32,000 nt of DNA from Mycolicibacterium smegmatis. Its GTDB lineage: Bacteria > Actinomycetota > Actinomycetes > Mycobacteriales > Mycobacteriaceae. The translations under genes and the position numbers were made by a program. The DNA is taken from contig NZ_LN831039.1 in assembly GCF_001457595.1 (NCBI RefSeq), positions 4,710,001 to 4,742,000 of the forward strand. Direction: 5' to 3'. The notes under the pieces were generated by a model. That model had not been told where the DNA came from. It did no database searches and saw nothing but the letters and a program-made list of their open reading frames with translations. Positions 31,209 through 32,000 of the stretch are shown in pieces; within the stretch, counting starts at the first letter, position 1; each line of letters begins with the position of its first letter.

Positions 31209-31981
31209 GCTTCGATTTGGCGGTGTGCGCCGAGATGGTGTTCACCGATCTCGACATCGTCGAACGCGTGCGCCGTATCTCGGATCTGGGCTTCGCCGTG
31301 GAGATCTGGAGCTTCGCCGACAAGGACACCGATGCCCTCGCCGCCACGGGAGCGAAGTTCTCGTCGATGACGGGATACCTGCACGGCGATCTCTACGACC
31401 CCGACGGTGCGCGCGAGGTGGTGCGCACCGCCCAGGGGGCCGTGAAAGCCGCTGAGGTGCTTGGTGTTCCGCGACTCGTCGTGCATCCCGGCGAACTGGT
31501 GAACGGGCAGGCCGCCCGGCCCCGGCAGCGTGTGACCGGCGACATGTGGCTCGCGGCGCTGCGGGGCCTGGAGGCGCTGGGTGAACTGGGTGCCGACGCC
31601 GGTGTGACGTTCTGCCTGGAGAACCTCAACACGATCGTCGACCACCCCGGCGTGCCGCTGGCCCGCGCCAAGGACACGCTGGCCCTCATCGAAGGTGTCG
31701 GGCATCCGAACGTCAAGATGATGCTGGACCTCTACCACGCCCAGATCGGTGAGGGGAACCTCGTCGAGCTGGTGCGCCGCGCGGGCCCGGCGATCGGTGA
31801 GATCCAGGTGGCCGACGTTCCGGGACGCTGCGAACCCGGCACGGGCGAGATCCACTACCCCGCCATCGCGAAGGCGTTGCGCGACAGCGGATACCGCGGC
31901 ACCGTGGGGATGGAGGCCTACGCCAGTGGCGACAGCGTCGCGGCGTTGGAGGCGTTCCGGGCAGCCTTCACACTGCCGTAG
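31205..31981 (+). CDS. Sugar phosphate isomerase/epimerase TIM barrel, hydroxypyruvate isomerase-like
   Basis: 258 aa; FCLENLNTIVDHPGVPLARAKDTLALIEGVGHPNVKMMLDLYHAQIGEGNLVELVR, IGEIQVADVPGRCEPGTGEIHYPAIAKAL. Confidence 0.88.
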   Translation: MSFDLAVCAEMVFTDLDIVERVRRISDLGFAVEIWSFADKDTDALAATGAKFSSMTGYLHGDLYDPDGAREVVRTAQGAVKAAEVLGVPRLVVHPGELVNGQAARPRQRVTGDMWLAALRGLEALGELGADAGVTFCLENLNTIVDHPGVPLARAKDTLALIEGVGHPNVKMMLDLYHAQIGEGNLVELVRRAGPAIGEIQVADVPGRCEPGTGEIHYPAIAKALRDSGYRGTVGMEAYASGDSVAALEAFRAAFTLP

Positions 31982-32000
31982 GGATCAGTAGCGGGCGTCG

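Overview
This window is chromosomal DNA from a high-GC actinobacterium. Gene order and protein signatures point to Mycobacterium/Mycolicibacterium, probably close to M. smegmatis; this is an inference, as no search was run. Positions 1-13.4 kb hold a conserved minus-strand block: rpmA, rplU, rne (RNase E/G), ndk, a DUF4233 membrane protein, folC, valS, a DUF937 protein, a saccharopine-dehydrogenase-like enoyl reductase and an S9 peptidase. Next come an ammonium transporter with a 72-aa membrane protein (+), a three-gene dimethylamine-monooxygenase-like cluster (-), an FAD monooxygenase (+), two adjacent resuscitation-promoting-factor genes (-), a long unexplained intergenic region, and mobA-korB-korA (-). 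The window ends with a divergent sugar/cyclitol catabolic locus: PfkB kinase and LacI regulator (-) opposite a PhyH dioxygenase, two Gfo/Idh/MocA dehydrogenases and two sugar-isomerase TIM barrels (+). The observations most worth a second look are: (1) an apparent one-base frameshift in rne next to a C/G homopolymer; (2) a nested palindromic hairpin touching the rne ribosome-binding site; (3) three perfect GTGA-N6-TCAC CRP-type sites upstream of the two rpf genes; (4) an oxidative N-demethylase cluster; (5) a translationally coupled catabolic operon opened by a PhyH-type dioxygenase. I saw no CRISPR array, prophage, transposon or anti-phage system. All coordinates were read by eye from the sequence and the supplied ORF track.
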